A DNA stretch of 64,000 nucleotides from Felis catus (Eukaryota): NCBI RefSeq assembly GCF_018350175.1, contig NC_058368.1, positions 151,096,001-151,160,000 of the forward strand. Reading direction: 5' to 3'. Shown in pieces: positions 12,814-26,735 of this stretch; positions within the stretch are counted from its first letter, which is position 1; the number at the start of each line of letters is the position of its first letter. Made by a program: the position numbers and the translations under genes. The notes beneath the pieces are model-generated. The model had not been told where the DNA came from and made no database searches. It saw only the letters and a list, made by a program, of their open reading frames with translations.

Positions 12814-14309
12814 ATTGGCTCAAGGGAACTGCTTCCTTCCTTCTTCTGGGCAAAATAAAATCTCAATGGGTATTTTATCACGTAAGAATTCTGGGTATAA
12901 CAGGTATGCATGACTGCATCTGATGGGAAATACGTTATTTTTGAATAAAGTGCCCACTGTGGGTGTGTTGTATACAGTACTCGGTTTTATGAAATCTTTA
13001 AGAATTTAAGGCACTTAAGCTTTCTTTCATGATACAATGTATTAATAATGATTCAACAAAATCTCTTCCGCTGACATTATTTCACTTAACAAAAGAAGCA
13101 GACATACTGATGAAGACAGAAAGTTTAATATTCATACATTTTATAAATAACTTTTAAAGTGTTCCTTTTAATTCAACACAGGTTGGTTGTACACCTACTA
13201 TGTGTAAGGCATTAATTTATCCTGTGAGTGTAGTTGTGGACTTAGCCTAGAGCTCTTGTCCCCAAATATCTGCACTTATAATTGCTGAGGCATATTTTCA
13301 ACTGCCGAATCTTTCCCAACCCTCAAGTTTAGGGTATCTTGCTAACTTACAAAAAATGTTCTTTTTTTGAGAAAGGAATTAATTACCCACTGAAGAGCTT
13401 GTATAAAATGAGGGTTTCAGACACTAACATTGGTTATTCAGAAAGCATGTGAGCCTCTGAGTTTCATCACTTTTATGTCATAAAATTAACATCATTTGAT
13501 TGATGACAGAATATAATAAAAGGTATGTACGTTTCCCCTCATTCTGTGGGCAAACAAAATAATACATGCAGAGTTATTTCTCTTAAATATCTGGCAAGGC
13601 ATATGATTGATTGTTAGAAATTTTTTGACTTGGTTAAGACAAAATTTAGCCAAATGTTAAAGCATGGAAAATGTTGGTGTAGGCAAAGCGAATATTCTGA
13701 TAAAGCTTTAAAATCACCCCAGCACACAAACATGTTGAAATCTTACCATTAGGTTTTCATGCAGTCTGTTTCCCTGCAGCGAGCATTAGCTTTAACCCTT
13801 CAGTGCTGTTGCTGAATCTCATGTTTAGGGAGAGGGGCTGAAGAAGCTTTATTTGGAACCAAGCTTTTCTTTGGGGGGCTGATGGCCGGTTTACATGAGA
13901 GAACTGTGGCTCCCATCGTGTATCCGGTCTCAGTACAAATATACGTATGTTCTGTAGTAAATCCTCAAGCTTGTTCAGAAGGACATTCCAGAGTTTTACT
14001 AGTGCACTGTGATTTGTGTGAGCTGTGTGTTTAAAAGATTGTATAAATTCAGGGCATGTTGCATAGATCTTTCTCTTCTTCCTGTAAATATTCTACCTCT
14101 GAATGAACTTCTGGATGGCAACTCTTTTAGATTACATAATTTCAGCATCCCTCGGGGTTTGCTTTCTAAATGCACTGCCCTGTGGGGTGAGATGGCTATT
14201 TTACTGGTTTGACTTTCCAATGCTTCTTACAGAAAGTCATCACTGAAAGGGTTAAGGTATGTTACTGCAGCGGTTATCAGCAGACCAGCCATCTACCTTT
14301 GGTACTTAC

Positions 14310-14447
14310 AGGAATTTTATGACTCTTGATCATATTATCAAATTCTTCATTAATTTTTTTGTATTTTTCTTCAGTGCGTGGGGTGAGTGCATAAGAGGAG
14401 TCGGGATCGGGGCTTTCACAGCCTTTGTTCTCTTTCTTGTTCAAGGC
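14310..14447 (-). CDS. MEF2C: MEF2C alternative exon alpha2, muscle-enriched (ALNKKENKGCESPDPDSSYALTPRTEEKYKKINEEFDNMIKSHKIP), 138 nt, phase 0-0
   Basis: Not in the ORF track; translated by hand. Acceptor ...cctggcag|GCC, donor CCT|gtaagt. Paralogous to alpha1 (shared KKxxxGCxSPDPD and KYxKINE motifs). Confidence 0.96.
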
Positions 14448-14722
<275 letters not shown>

Positions 14723-15624
14723 TCAAGCTGTCCAGTATTTCGGGTTTTTATTACATACACTTTTTTACATTAAAGAAACCATAGAGAGAACCCATGAGTG
14801 ATTTCAAAAGTGCACTCATTGCTAGTTACAGAAAAATAAAAGGGCAATATTCCGCTTACAACCAAATTCAGTCAATAAACAAAGATGGCATGAGGGCTGA
14901 AATTTCATGGTACAGAATTCATACATGCTTCAAACATCCAGTGAGAGACAATTACAGAAGAATACGAGTAAGGTGGCAAATTGCAACACTATCTTCCCAC
15001 AGGAAAACTAGAAATTAGGGCATTACACAATGATTTCAGAATCTGTGATCACGACAAAAGCAGAAATGTCAGAAACAGAGCTCTAGTTCGGGTTTAGCAT
15101 AATTGTTGGTACTCATGGTGTCCTGCCACCCCCTTAGGATATGCACTTGACAGCAAAATGCCGTAAGAGAACCCAGCTCATATTCTCACGAAGTACCCAG
15201 TGAGAATGTTCAGACGCTGTGATCGTAAGGAGAATTACCTCTGTGTAGTTTGTTTAGAGTTCTATACTTGTGAAAATATGTATTGAGAGTGGTAATGCTG
15301 AGAAGTTACCTGCCTAAACATAGGCTGAAAGAAAAGTCACAACACCTGAGCTTAGCTTACCATCAGCTGGATAAGGAAGCCAGAGAATGCTGAAAGTAGG
15401 TACCTAAGTCACCAACTATCAAACTAGCAAAAGTTCTTCCTGGTTCCAGCTGAGTAAGGTCACCCTGAGACTGTCTCCTGACACATGAAAGTGAAAAGTC
15501 GGTGCCTTATCCTGAACCTCCTGTCTCCTGAATGTAGGTCTGGTCTAGTCTCAGCTGTCACAGAAGGATAAATACGTATGTAACATGGAAAAAGTATGAG
15601 TCAGGAGTCCTGAGTTTTACTTTC

Positions 15625-15639
15625 CCTCTCTCTCTCCCT

Positions 15640-15671
<32 letters not shown>
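15625..15671. repeat. (CT)n / (CTCTCC)n microsatellite
   Basis: Seen directly. Confidence 0.9.
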
Positions 15672-18088
15672 TTCCTTTTAACTGATGGTTGTCAAGTTAA
15701 TTGTACATCATCTGATTTACAAAGAAAATGTTATGTTTTTAGAGATCATAAAACTTCTGATTAATCACACAGCATACCGTGTCAATTATTAATAGACTGG
15801 CAACATTTCTGAATTTTCCCGGTACTACCAAAATCGTTTTTAAAGAGTTGGGTACGTAAGTGTCTCTCATTAATGGAAAGTTCAGCGGAGCTCATCTTTA
15901 TTAAAGACAGAATTCACATACAAATAAAGCAAAAGCTGTGACATCAAGCTAAGGAATTCAAAGCTGAGATAACACTCCATCTTTAATTCATGCAATTGGG
16001 GAAAATAAATAAAACAACATGAGTTATAAAGGGAGTGTCAGTCTTAACAATTTAAACTCCTTGGCTCTTATCAATGTGTAACAAATGTAACACTTAAAAT
16101 TAGTTTTTTTCTGAGGCACTAAAGAGTTTCACTTAAAATCAAACTAAGAGAGCTACAATTTCTAATACATCTATGAGACACTGCAGCTCTGTAAATATTT
16201 ATTAATGTTATTGTGGTATAATATAACAAATAAACATATGGTTACAGCTTATTATGTGGTATAATGTTTGAATATTAAAATGAGTATTTTGACACAAGAT
16301 GATAATATATATATATACATTTATAATCTTTGGGAATTTATAATTGGTGGGGCCACCTGTCCCCCTACCACAGATCTATAGCCATCATTTTTATCCAGAA
16401 TAAATACCTCTGGACAGTTCTTACAATAATATTACAAAGAATGTCACAATACATTACAATAATAGTTTTATTCACTAACTTAATTTCCTGTTTTAGGCTG
16501 TTTTGTTAGCATTATCTCAACCACAAGCATATTCTTCTGGGTGATAACTATTTGTTATATTATGATGTTTCTGCTTTGATCTCCATATATCCTTGAGCTT
16601 TTAAGAATAATTTTGCAGTGCCTTGCATCATACTCCACATATTTTTCATAAAAATTCACCTTTGTAGGGAAAGATGTCAGGTCAAGAAAATATTATCTGA
16701 GAATTTTCAAAATCTGCCTATATTTCTATAAGGCATAATAGGAATATTCTTATATAAACCTTCAGTTTAAAATCTTATCTTATAGAACATTAATTTATAG
16801 TCTTATCTAGACAGTAGATTCTTCAATGTGCACCCTAAAAAATTACCCAATAAATCTTATTGCAAGAATTATAGTTGTTTTGATGTGCAGATTTTTGACA
16901 ACAGATCGCAAGGGCTAGGAGAGGCCTATCAACTGTCATTACTATCCATCTGGCACATACATGTGCGCTAAATATTCTTATGAAGCTTTTGAGGGGAGAT
17001 ACTGCATTCGGTTTATAAAAATTCAAACATCAATTACAGTTCATTGAAAGACCTCCACAAATGTTAACTCATTATCTCTCACAAGTGCTTCATGAAGAGT
17101 TTAGGGAAACCTCATGCCGGGTCTCAAACCAGCATGGCCAGGCATGACTGGCCTTTCAGCCTCCTGCCGTGAGCGACGTGGGGCCACCTTCCCCTGCCCA
17201 GCCTTTCCCACACTCGGAAAGTGAGGGATGTGGAATAGATGTCTCCCACTCATATGTGACTATAGCAGTAGAGTGAACGCTGAAATAAATTAGGCAGAAA
17301 AATTTAAAAATTAGGCTGTGGGAAAACTTTAAGAATGAGAATATTGCTAAAATATTGGTATTTCTTAGATGTCAAATTTTAGAGTGGGAATGCTTATTAC
17401 TCAATAAAGCACTTTTGAGTTTTTTGGATTAAAAAATCATTTAGATCAAGAGCTCATTTTGTACCTAAAGAATTACATAAACTGTTAAGCAAACAAAGCT
17501 AGTGCCATGAAGTCACAAAGGAAACAACGGTGAGGGGGAAGGGTAACAGCGGCTCCTTTTCTCTTAATAAATTCTTTTTGCATCTAATTACATTATCTTT
17601 CATTGAATATCACCAGTATTTAAGTAATGAAATATCTCTAAGAGCGAAAGGTGTATTGCAGTCTTATTTCAAGTTAAATTGCATTATTTAAAAAGGGGGG
17701 CATTCTGAGATATAGAAATACAAAATCCAAGAGCAAATTAATACTGAGTTCCAAGTTCCCATAATCACATAACTAGAACACTGAAAAAATTGTTCAAAAA
17801 TATTATCCTCAACTGAGAGCTTGTAGACCACATTTCTGCCAAGAACAGATGATTATGGTAGAATTACAAAGCTCTGAAAATGGATGCGATGGCACAAACT
17901 TAAATACTATCATGTGAATGTGGAACTATATGGGCAGTCTTATCTTTATTATATTAAAAATCTATAGCTGTTTGGGGATGGCAAAAGAATTACTGTTAGA
18001 TTCAGCCAAGTCTGTCTTTATCACAGTAATAAACAGTCAGTATAAACTAAAGGGACTGCTAACTGGGTAAATAAGCATTATTCTTCAG

Positions 18089-18092
<4 letters not shown>

Positions 18093-18127
<35 letters not shown>
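18093..18127. repeat. Poly-T tract (~35 nt)
   Basis: Seen directly. Confidence 0.9.
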
Positions 18128-18128
<1 letters not shown>

Positions 18129-19740
18129 GAAAAATCAAAATCTCTGCCTCTGGTCTTTGAAAGCTTCCCTGATCTTTTACAAATGTTATTGGTCAGGTAA
18201 TGTAGGCACTTAAATCATCATCACCATCATCATCATTATTATTACAGGGGCTAGAAGTCTTGGCTGTATTTATTGTGTCTCTCAGCTGACTACGTTTTGA
18301 AAAGATTTATTCTGTATGTCAAGAGAAGGCAAGAGATCTACTGAAACCAGCTTCTCTGGCTACGTATCTAAAGAAAATCTTCCCTCAGAGAACTCTGTAA
18401 ATCTTGAGTGAGTCTGTATACTGAATTCGACTTTCCATGTGAGAGTGACACTTTTGGGGTAGATCAATTGACTGCAGAGGCTTCTGGGATGTTTTCACAA
18501 GGCAGAGATTGTCATGCAGTGAGCTGAGAACAGCCGTTTCTTAGAGAAGTAATTAGATTGACAGAAGGTGACATACTCCAAACAATAAACGGGAAAAGGA
18601 GTCCAGACAGGTAATCCAAAAACCACGTGGAATCTCCCCTCCCAGACATGTGGACATATGGACCCTGCATTAGTACATTTGTTCATCAAGACAACTTGAA
18701 ATACATATAAACTGATGATGATAGGTGACAGGTGCTTCAAAAATTCTAATGAAATAGATGTAGGGAACAGATTCCATTTCGTTACTGAAAGGAATATAAA
18801 TGAAAAAGAATGCCACATGGAGCTCTCATTTCTCATCTTAGGCATTATGTTATCAAATCCCTTCTGTATACAATGGTTAAAACTGATTTCCCTTTTTACA
18901 ATTGTTTCTTGTTAGTAATAAAGAAATAACTAAGTTATTGGTCTTTTTCAATTAAATGAAGCTATATATTTTATATTTTTGCTATCTACATAAAATTAAG
19001 TTTCTTTTAGAGCCACCATCACAGATTAAAGCTTCGAATCGTTCAACTTCTTTCCATGCCTGCAGTATTAGTCCTCAAGAATATATATCTTCATCATCTT
19101 CCTTTCTTTGTACCTACCCGCTCTACAGCAGCAATTTCAAATCCTTTTGCTAAAAGCCCCAAAATACTCATTAATTTTCTTAAAAGCCAAATAATCAACC
19201 TTTCTTGTACAGCTAGCATTACCCTTACTTCAGAGGGTTGATGTGTCAGGAATTATCTCTGCTAGTTGCATGAATGTCATGTTCACACAAAAGCCAAGAA
19301 AAAAAAAGGCATCAACTTAGAAAAGGTAGTTTCCTTTTCTTTCATTCTAAATCATTTTCGCGCTTGTCTTCATAGCTTTATGAAAATAAGCATCCGCTCT
19401 TAGCAAGCAGAATAATCTGTAGAAAGTACTAAATCGATATAGGAAAAGGAGGTGCAGCTGAAGTGGACACTGCCTGTAAGTGAAGTTTCTGAGGGTATTT
19501 TGTAAACACCCTCCCACAGCTGTGTGCTGCTCCCAAGTGCCTTGTTAGTCCCAGCAGCCCTGAGCCCCGTGGGGAGTGGCCATCAGGGCGATCTGTGCAC
19601 AAGGACTTCCTTCACTTAAAATACCGTCAGCAATTAGTGAAAACCTATTACACACAGATACTGTTTGGTGCACTTATGTTTTAGAGAAGCAGGCAGCACA
19701 AATTTAAATTAAAAATCTTTGAACTGTCCTATAATATGTG

Positions 19741-19741
<1 letters not shown>

Positions 19742-19773
<32 letters not shown>
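19742..19773. repeat. (TG)n microsatellite
   Basis: Seen directly. Confidence 0.92.
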
Positions 19774-19774
<1 letters not shown>

Positions 19775-21347
19775 TTTCTAGCACAGATTACTTAGGGGAA
19801 AGATCAGGTAGAAAGAAATTTCTCCATAGGTTTTAATTACCAAAACTGTAAGCATTGTCTGCACTATCTTTCCTGTTCCGTAGTTCTTCTTTGTTCTTAA
19901 TATAGAAATGAAAAGACACATTAAAATACTGCAAAGTTACTACAATCACTAGGTAGACTTTAATTAGACAAGCAAATCATATCTAGTACAGACTATAAAA
20001 AACTAAAATTTATCCCAACTTATTCATTAGTGGTGAAAATATTAATAAAAAATTGAAAATATAAACCTTAACAGTATATTTCCTCTAGGTAATTAATGCT
20101 CATTCTAACTAGATATTAACTCCTACTGAGGAAAGGCTGGGAAGCGCTGGAGATTTTCATTGCTTCGTTTTATTCCTTTCCTGAAAAGATAATCGTAACA
20201 TTGGACTTGAAATTTTTTTCACTGAACAATTCTTCATCTTTAAATAATAGAAATAAAAGGGACCAATTAAAGATTTGAAGACTTTTAATGTACACAACAT
20301 AAACACCCACCCATGCCTTTTAATAACCACAAATTGTTTCATAAAAACATCAGATGGTGATAGTTCCTAGAACTACTGGTACTCTAATACTGGACTAGAT
20401 CACCAAGGATCCTCCTCATGTCTTCCAGGGGGAGAATTAATGGTGCCTAATCAATTGGTCTTTCACATCGCGTGCCCTTGCTCAAGCTGGGCTTCTGGAA
20501 TGAGCCCACCACTATTGTTCTTTGGATTTGGACAGTCCTCCTTCAAGGCAGAGCTAACACATTAGCTCCTCTTTGTAGACTTCTCTGATCACCAGCGCTG
20601 AATTGATTTCTCCTTCATTCATGTACTCACTCATTGTATACATTTTCCTATCAGAGCCTTTATCGCATATTATTACTTATGTTTTGTCTCCCTTGCTAGC
20701 TCATGAAGCAATTAGCAAAGTGCCTTCCTTTCTTCACTTTTGGAGTTTCAATATAGAACAGAGACTGACACACTTGTAGATGCTTAAGAAATGCTTGTTG
20801 AATGAACAGAACACACATTTCCACTTTAATGTTAGTGTATGCAGATATTTCAAGACTGGACCAAAGCTGTCTGTCTGGCCGGAGGCAGAAATGGCAGTGG
20901 GATCCAGACCTCTTGATATATATTTACTAAGTGCTACTATGTGTCCGGTGTTACCTGAGGTCTTCTGGATACAAAGATGCATTCCTGAAGATATGATTAA
21001 GAATTTCTGTTTACATGGTTTTCTCTCCATAAGTGAACTCCTGGAGCTTAGGGATTGTTTACGAGTCATTTTGTATCACCAGGACTTAGCACAGGCCTGG
21101 CACATGGGAGAAGCTTAATAAATGTTTGCAGCATTAATGAGAGACTGAATGGATGGACGAACACAACAGGAAAGAATGCTCAGATACTAGAGGCAGAGGA
21201 GTCTCAGTGTGTATTTTTTCAATTGTCATTTCTTTTTCGCCATTTTATATTACTATTTCACATTATGTTAAAACTCCATTATTATTTTGCTCTTTTTAAG
21301 TAACTATTATAAATCGACTACTTTTTGAAATGTATCACTTTTGTAAA

Positions 21348-21547
21348 TTTTTTTTTAATGTTTATTTACTTTTGAGAGAGAGAGACAGAGTGTGAGCAGC
21401 GGAGGAGCAGAGAGAGGGAGACACAGAATCTGAAGCGGCCTCCAGGCTCTGAGCTGTCAGCACAGAGCCGGACCTGGGGCTCAAACCCACAAACCGTGAG
21501 ATCATGACCTGAGTTGCAGTCGGATGCTTAACCACCCACACGCCACC
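21348..21547 (-). mobile_element. CAN-SINE (SINEC)
   Basis: Reverse SINEC body (gagagagggagacacagaatctgaagc...gagatcatgacctgag); degenerate TSD tgaaatgtatcactttt/tgaaaagtatcattttt. Confidence 0.9.
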
Positions 21548-22899
21548 TGAAAAGTATCATTTTTAAGTGAGAAAACAATGCAGTATGAAGCTGATTATAA
21601 CTCAGGAGATTTATATCATTAAACACTTAAAAATTAGAGTACTGGTCTGAATACGGAGTGTCACAAAGAACTAATGCATTCACGAAAGCTTTAAGGTAAA
21701 AAAGCCATAATCATATAATCTCAGCCCTTGAAACGAGTAGCAGAAGAGAGGCATGGAATTCAGCATGGAAGAAAAAAAGGGAGTGGTATTCTAGGCAGAA
21801 TGTGTAAGGGTAGAAAAACAAAAACAGAAACCTTATAGTGAAGAGCATGGGGAAACTTTTGTGAATGTGAATCAGATCCTATAAATTTGAAATAAGCATG
21901 TTTTAAAATTCTTGGGCAAAGTTCATCTTTTTCCCCCATTTTTGGATGTTGGTCTACTGCTCCACTATTCTCCCGGGCTTTGACATTGGTCTTATTCTGG
22001 GCCAGCCTTAGCCTGGAGGATTCATGGAAAATCAGGGTGATTTTAGGGCCAATCAGATGATTCAGGCTGCCTCAGGATAGGTCAGTGGGTTGATGTTTTT
22101 GTTAGGAATTCTTCCACCACACCTCTTCTGGAACCTGGACAAGGCATGCATCATGAGGCTGGACGGGAAAAGGACTGAGATGGAGAAGTTTGGCACACTT
22201 AGCTATGAAATGCTCCCTGATATTCTGAATCCAAGAGAGACCTGAAGTAAAATACTAAGCAGGGAACATTTAATATATAATGATTGAAATGCATGCTAAA
22301 ATATGCAGTTAATCTTAATAGTCTTTCTAAAAGCAAGCTAAAAAAATAAAAGATGGGATAAAAAAATAAAAGGCTGGCATATGAAGGATTAAATTGGAAG
22401 TGGGTTTGAAGAATGAATGATGTTACTGACTTCTTAAATAAGGAAGGAAAAGATAGGACAGAACTAACAAATTAAACAAAGGTTGGGAAAGAGAGGAGAG
22501 GAGTAAATTAACAAAGATTGGGAAGGAGGATTTTGAAAGTCTAAAATATAAATGTAACTTCACCTACTAACCTTTTTCAACTATGGCATTTTACTTGCAA
22601 ATAGGTTACAGGGACAAAAAAGAAAGAATATTGGGAGCACTGATTCTTTAAAAATAACACATTGAAGCATCTTTTAAAAACCATTAATGACTTATTTTAA
22701 CAAAAGAAGATATATATGTATACACATAAGTTAAATCATTATTTTTGCTTCCAAGCTCGCTCTTATCTAGCTGTAAATGCCTTTTTATTCAAGTTGGGTC
22801 AGTGCATGATTAGTCATGATGTGGGAGTAGCCCCCACTGCCTATATTTATCATCAGCTCAGGACTGCCATTTTCAGTCACCATACTTCCTCATTTCTAC

Positions 22900-23645
22900 A
22901 GGATTCCCACGATCTCTTCTTCTCATTTATTTCCCCACTTATGTTGTTGAGTATAACCTATCCCTTCATCCATTCCCCTCCCATCTTTCTTTTCCTGGAA
23001 ACCCTCACAACCTAGTTATCCAAGCTGGAAATCCAGAAGTCACCCTTGACTCCACCATCTCTTGACTCAACAATTACTATTTTTTCTGTTTGGTCTCCCA
23101 TCCTCAGTCTGTCCTCTGATCCCACTTTCCAGTCAATCCTTCATCCTACTTTTGGCAGGGTCTCCTGACAATGCAAATGTAATCATAGCAGTGCTTTCCT
23201 TATAAACCATGGCGGCTCCCAATGGCCACAACCACTAGTTTTCACAGCAAGTCCTCCCCTTCTTCTCCAGCCTCATCCCTTCTCTTCTCCCTTAGCACTC
23301 TGGGTTTCATCAATGGGGAACTTCCTACCATTTCCCAAGTCAGGTAGGTCTTGTAATAACACTGTTTTGATATGTCATTCATTCCTGTCTAGAATATGTT
23401 TACTTCTGCTCTCTGATATACGAACCTTAGTCATCCTAGGCCACCTGTTACCTAATGCCATCACTTGCCCCGTGAAGCTCTGTCTAGGCACTTGGGGACC
23501 CCCTTCTCATGTTATCTACTGACATGTCTGCTTCACCACTACGTAGTCAGTTCTGTAAGAGTTGGGTATCTCTGGTTCCTGCTAGAGGGCTGGAGTAATA
23601 CATGTGGGCTCAGTAAATGTTCTCGTAACTGTTTACCACATAAAT
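22900..23645 (+). mobile_element. LINE-2 fragment
   Basis: caagctggaaatccagaagtcacccttgactcc, tgcaaatgtaatcatagc and a 3' end ...gggctcagtaaatgtt typical of degraded L2. Confidence 0.5.
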
Positions 23646-25203
23646 GAACAAGCAAACAAGCTTGACAGTCATACTTTCTAACACTGTCAGACTTGCTGAA
23701 ATGAGTTGGGTAGTCTCCTAAGATGGCAGGGTTATTTATTTGTTTTAATAACATTAAGTGAAAAATGCACAGAACACAAGTTCTGGTAAGTTAAAGCAAG
23801 TTCTAAAATCACTTCATGATTGTGGCAATAGAATATCCTTTTGGCAGTGGAAACAGTGGAGGTGACACAGAGACTATTTTATAGGGGGTGCAAATGGTCA
23901 TGTTTGTGTGTGTGTGTGTGTGTTTACGATTGCTCAGAGTTCTGTGTAGGACGGGCTGTTCCTTTGCAGCTCCCGGTACTCTCAGTCACCACCAGGAAGA
24001 CATAACATATTGAGAAAGTACTGCAAGAGGTGCTTTTGGGGATTGTCTTCTCTATTTCTAGGTTCTCCTTTAGGAGAAAGGGCATTACCTTTGATGTGAT
24101 TTGAAGAATCTGTTAGTTGCGATCTGCAGTTTACCACTAGATTATGTGAAAAGCAGAGTGTACACAGAGCATTCAATAAGGGAACACAGAAGAAGATGTG
24201 AGGTTCACAACTGACTGACTTGTGTCATGACAGTTTCGATCACACCTGAGAATTGTACTTGAGATACCCAAATCCTCATTTCTGAGATAGCGAGGGACTC
24301 CCAGATGAAGGTTAAATTGCTTCTTTTCCTAACACCAATCTCCTACCCTAGGCCTCTGCCAGGCTGAAGAGAGTAAAGAGTTCCAGCGGGCTTGACTCTG
24401 GTCCACTTCTCTCTTGGGTTGGCCCTTGGACTGATGGGGGAAACTCCTGTTTGCCATTCACTCCTGCTGTTGTAGTTTCCAGGTCTTATATGCACCAATA
24501 ATAGATTTCAGCCTGGGATATGACTGAAAATACTTCCCCAAGTTCTGTTCTATCCCTCTGTTTATTAAATGGCAGAGAGATTTTTAGGGACCAATTCTAG
24601 ATTGTGAACACAGATTTTATTTATGGAATCTTCAACTCCTTCCCCATAGTACCAGACATTCAAACAATTTTTTTTTTCTAATTGATTTATCTCTCTCCTG
24701 ATAAATCAGCCGGCTCACCAATGAGTGGCTATACGCCATTCTATATAGACACTTTCAGATGGAAAAGTTTTGATTTTGGTTATTTTAGAATGATTGGATA
24801 GTAATGACGGGAAAGGGCCTCTTAGCCTTTGCCTTCCCAGCTAGCACACCCTGTGAGTATGCCCTGAGAAAACTAGCCTACAAGCTAATTCTGAAGGATG
24901 AGCCATCCGAGAGAGTGACATCCACAACTGTGTTAGCACACACTGCTCAAGGCCCATACCGCTCTGCCGTGTGACCATGAGGGATCAGGGCCCCAGAGCA
25001 TTGAAGGGATTGTGTGAGAACAATATGTACATCACAGCTACTGTGGCTGCCAGATGAAGGGAGAGCCTCGGTGCTTTAGAATAAATCTCCACGAGAGCAG
25101 AAACATTGTCTTTTTCCTTTTTATCTACAGCAACTTGAAAGCTGTGTCCCACCCATGGATGACACCCAACCAAAACTGCTGTTGCTAATAAAAGAGTAAA
25201 AGA

Positions 25204-25419
25204 GGGGCACCTGGGTGGCTCAGTTGGTTAAGTGTATAACTTCGGCTCGGGTCATGATCTCACAGCTTGTGAGTTCAAGCCTTGAGTTGGGCTCTGTGCT
25301 GACAGCTCAGAGCCTGGAGCCTGCTTTGGATTCTGTGTCTTCCTCTCCCTCTGCTCCCCGCACTCATGCTGTCTCTCTCTGTCTTGTCTTTCAAATATAA
25401 AGTAAAGCATAAAAAAAAA
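25204..25419 (+). mobile_element. CAN-SINE (SINEC)
   Basis: ggggcacctgggtggctcagttggttaag head, standard body, A tail. Confidence 0.92.
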
Positions 25420-26069
25420 CAAGGCTGCAGTGACAGAGATTCTTATTTAAGATGGAATCACAATGGAGGCTGAAAAGCCACAGACAGCAGCTGCTGGACT
25501 TGTGCTCAGAGTATAGGCAGTTTTTGCCTCCACCACCCACTCTCTTTAATGCCACTTCTCCCAGCCTCACACATAAAGTTAAATTATAAAAGGAAAGAAT
25601 CCTGTGGACTACAGAGTTAAGAGAATTAATGTGTCGCTCTTTGGTGTTTCTCCAGAGCTTTGTAATTCACATTTCATAATGTTGCTCTCTGCATTCTTGT
25701 TTTTTGTCTCATTTTCTAGATTATAAGATCCCTGTAGACAAGAAGTATCTCTTGAGAGCTTTCTATCCTTAGCAACTAGGGCAGTATCTGATGGTAGAAT
25801 GCTGCAACAATTCGGTTGACTCTTCTGGACAGCCAAGGAGAGCCTGATGACATATAATAAGGAGGCTCAGAAATATTAAGCCAAAGTTAGTGGGTATCCA
25901 AGCTTTACCTTTCCTTTAACATTGCACCTTTTCTCTCTTCTTTCAACATCAGTAATGTTTGCTAGGTCTGCCAAAGGCTAGCAGCCTTGGTTTCTAGCCT
26001 TATTACTTGTGTCTTTTGATGTAAAATCCCCTGGGGTTTTCATTTTATTGGTTGTACACTGGAAAACTT

Positions 26070-26278
26070 TTTTGTTAAAGATTTTTAAATTTTTTAAAAT
26101 GTTTATTTTTGAGAGAGAGAGGGTGGGGGAGGCACAGAGAGAGAGGGGGACAGAGGATCCGAAGCAGGCTCTGCACTGACAGCAGACAGCCCAATGCAAG
26201 GCTCAAACTCACTAACCATGAGATCTTGACCTGAGCCAAAGTCAGACGCTTAACCAATTGAACCATCCAGGCGCCCTC
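26070..26278 (-). mobile_element. CAN-SINE (SINEC) with TSD
   Basis: TSD CACTGGAAAACTT at 26057-26069 and 26279-26291. Confidence 0.92.
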
Positions 26279-26361
26279 CACTGGAAAACTTCCTGTTTAA
26301 TAAAGAGTGTCCAAGATACAATGAATGAGATGGTCACTGGTCAGAGGCCAGTCTGATAGAA

Positions 26362-26735
26362 AATTGCTCAGCCATAAAAAAGAATGAGACTTTGCCATTT
26401 GCCACAACATGAATGGATAAAGAGGGTATAATGTTAAGTGAAATAAGCCAATCAAAGAAAGACAAACACCATATGATTTCACTCATTTGTGGAATTTGAG
26501 AAACAAAACAAAGAAAAAAAGAGACACAACAAAAAAACAGACTCTTAACTATACAGAACTGATGGTTTCCAGAGATAAGGTGGGTGGAGGGGTGGGTGGA
26601 TAGATGAAGGGGATTGAGAATACACTTATGATGAGTACTGAGTAATGTATAGAATTGTTGAGTCAGCATACTATACACTTGAAACTAATATAAGACTGTT
26701 AACCATGTTAACTATGCTGGAGTTAAAAGGAATAA
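26362..26735 (+). mobile_element. 5'-truncated LINE-1 3' end (ORF2 C-terminus + 3' UTR, carnivore type)
   Basis: cagccataaaaaagaatgagactttgccatttgccacaacatgaatgga...aagtgaaataagccaatcaaagaaagacaaacaccatatgatttcactcatttgtggaat is the classic L1 ORF2 end. Confidence 0.88.

Noticed and set aside
26659..26668. TGAGTCAGCA ARE-like motif
   Set aside because: Embedded in an L1 3' UTR fragment with no other support.
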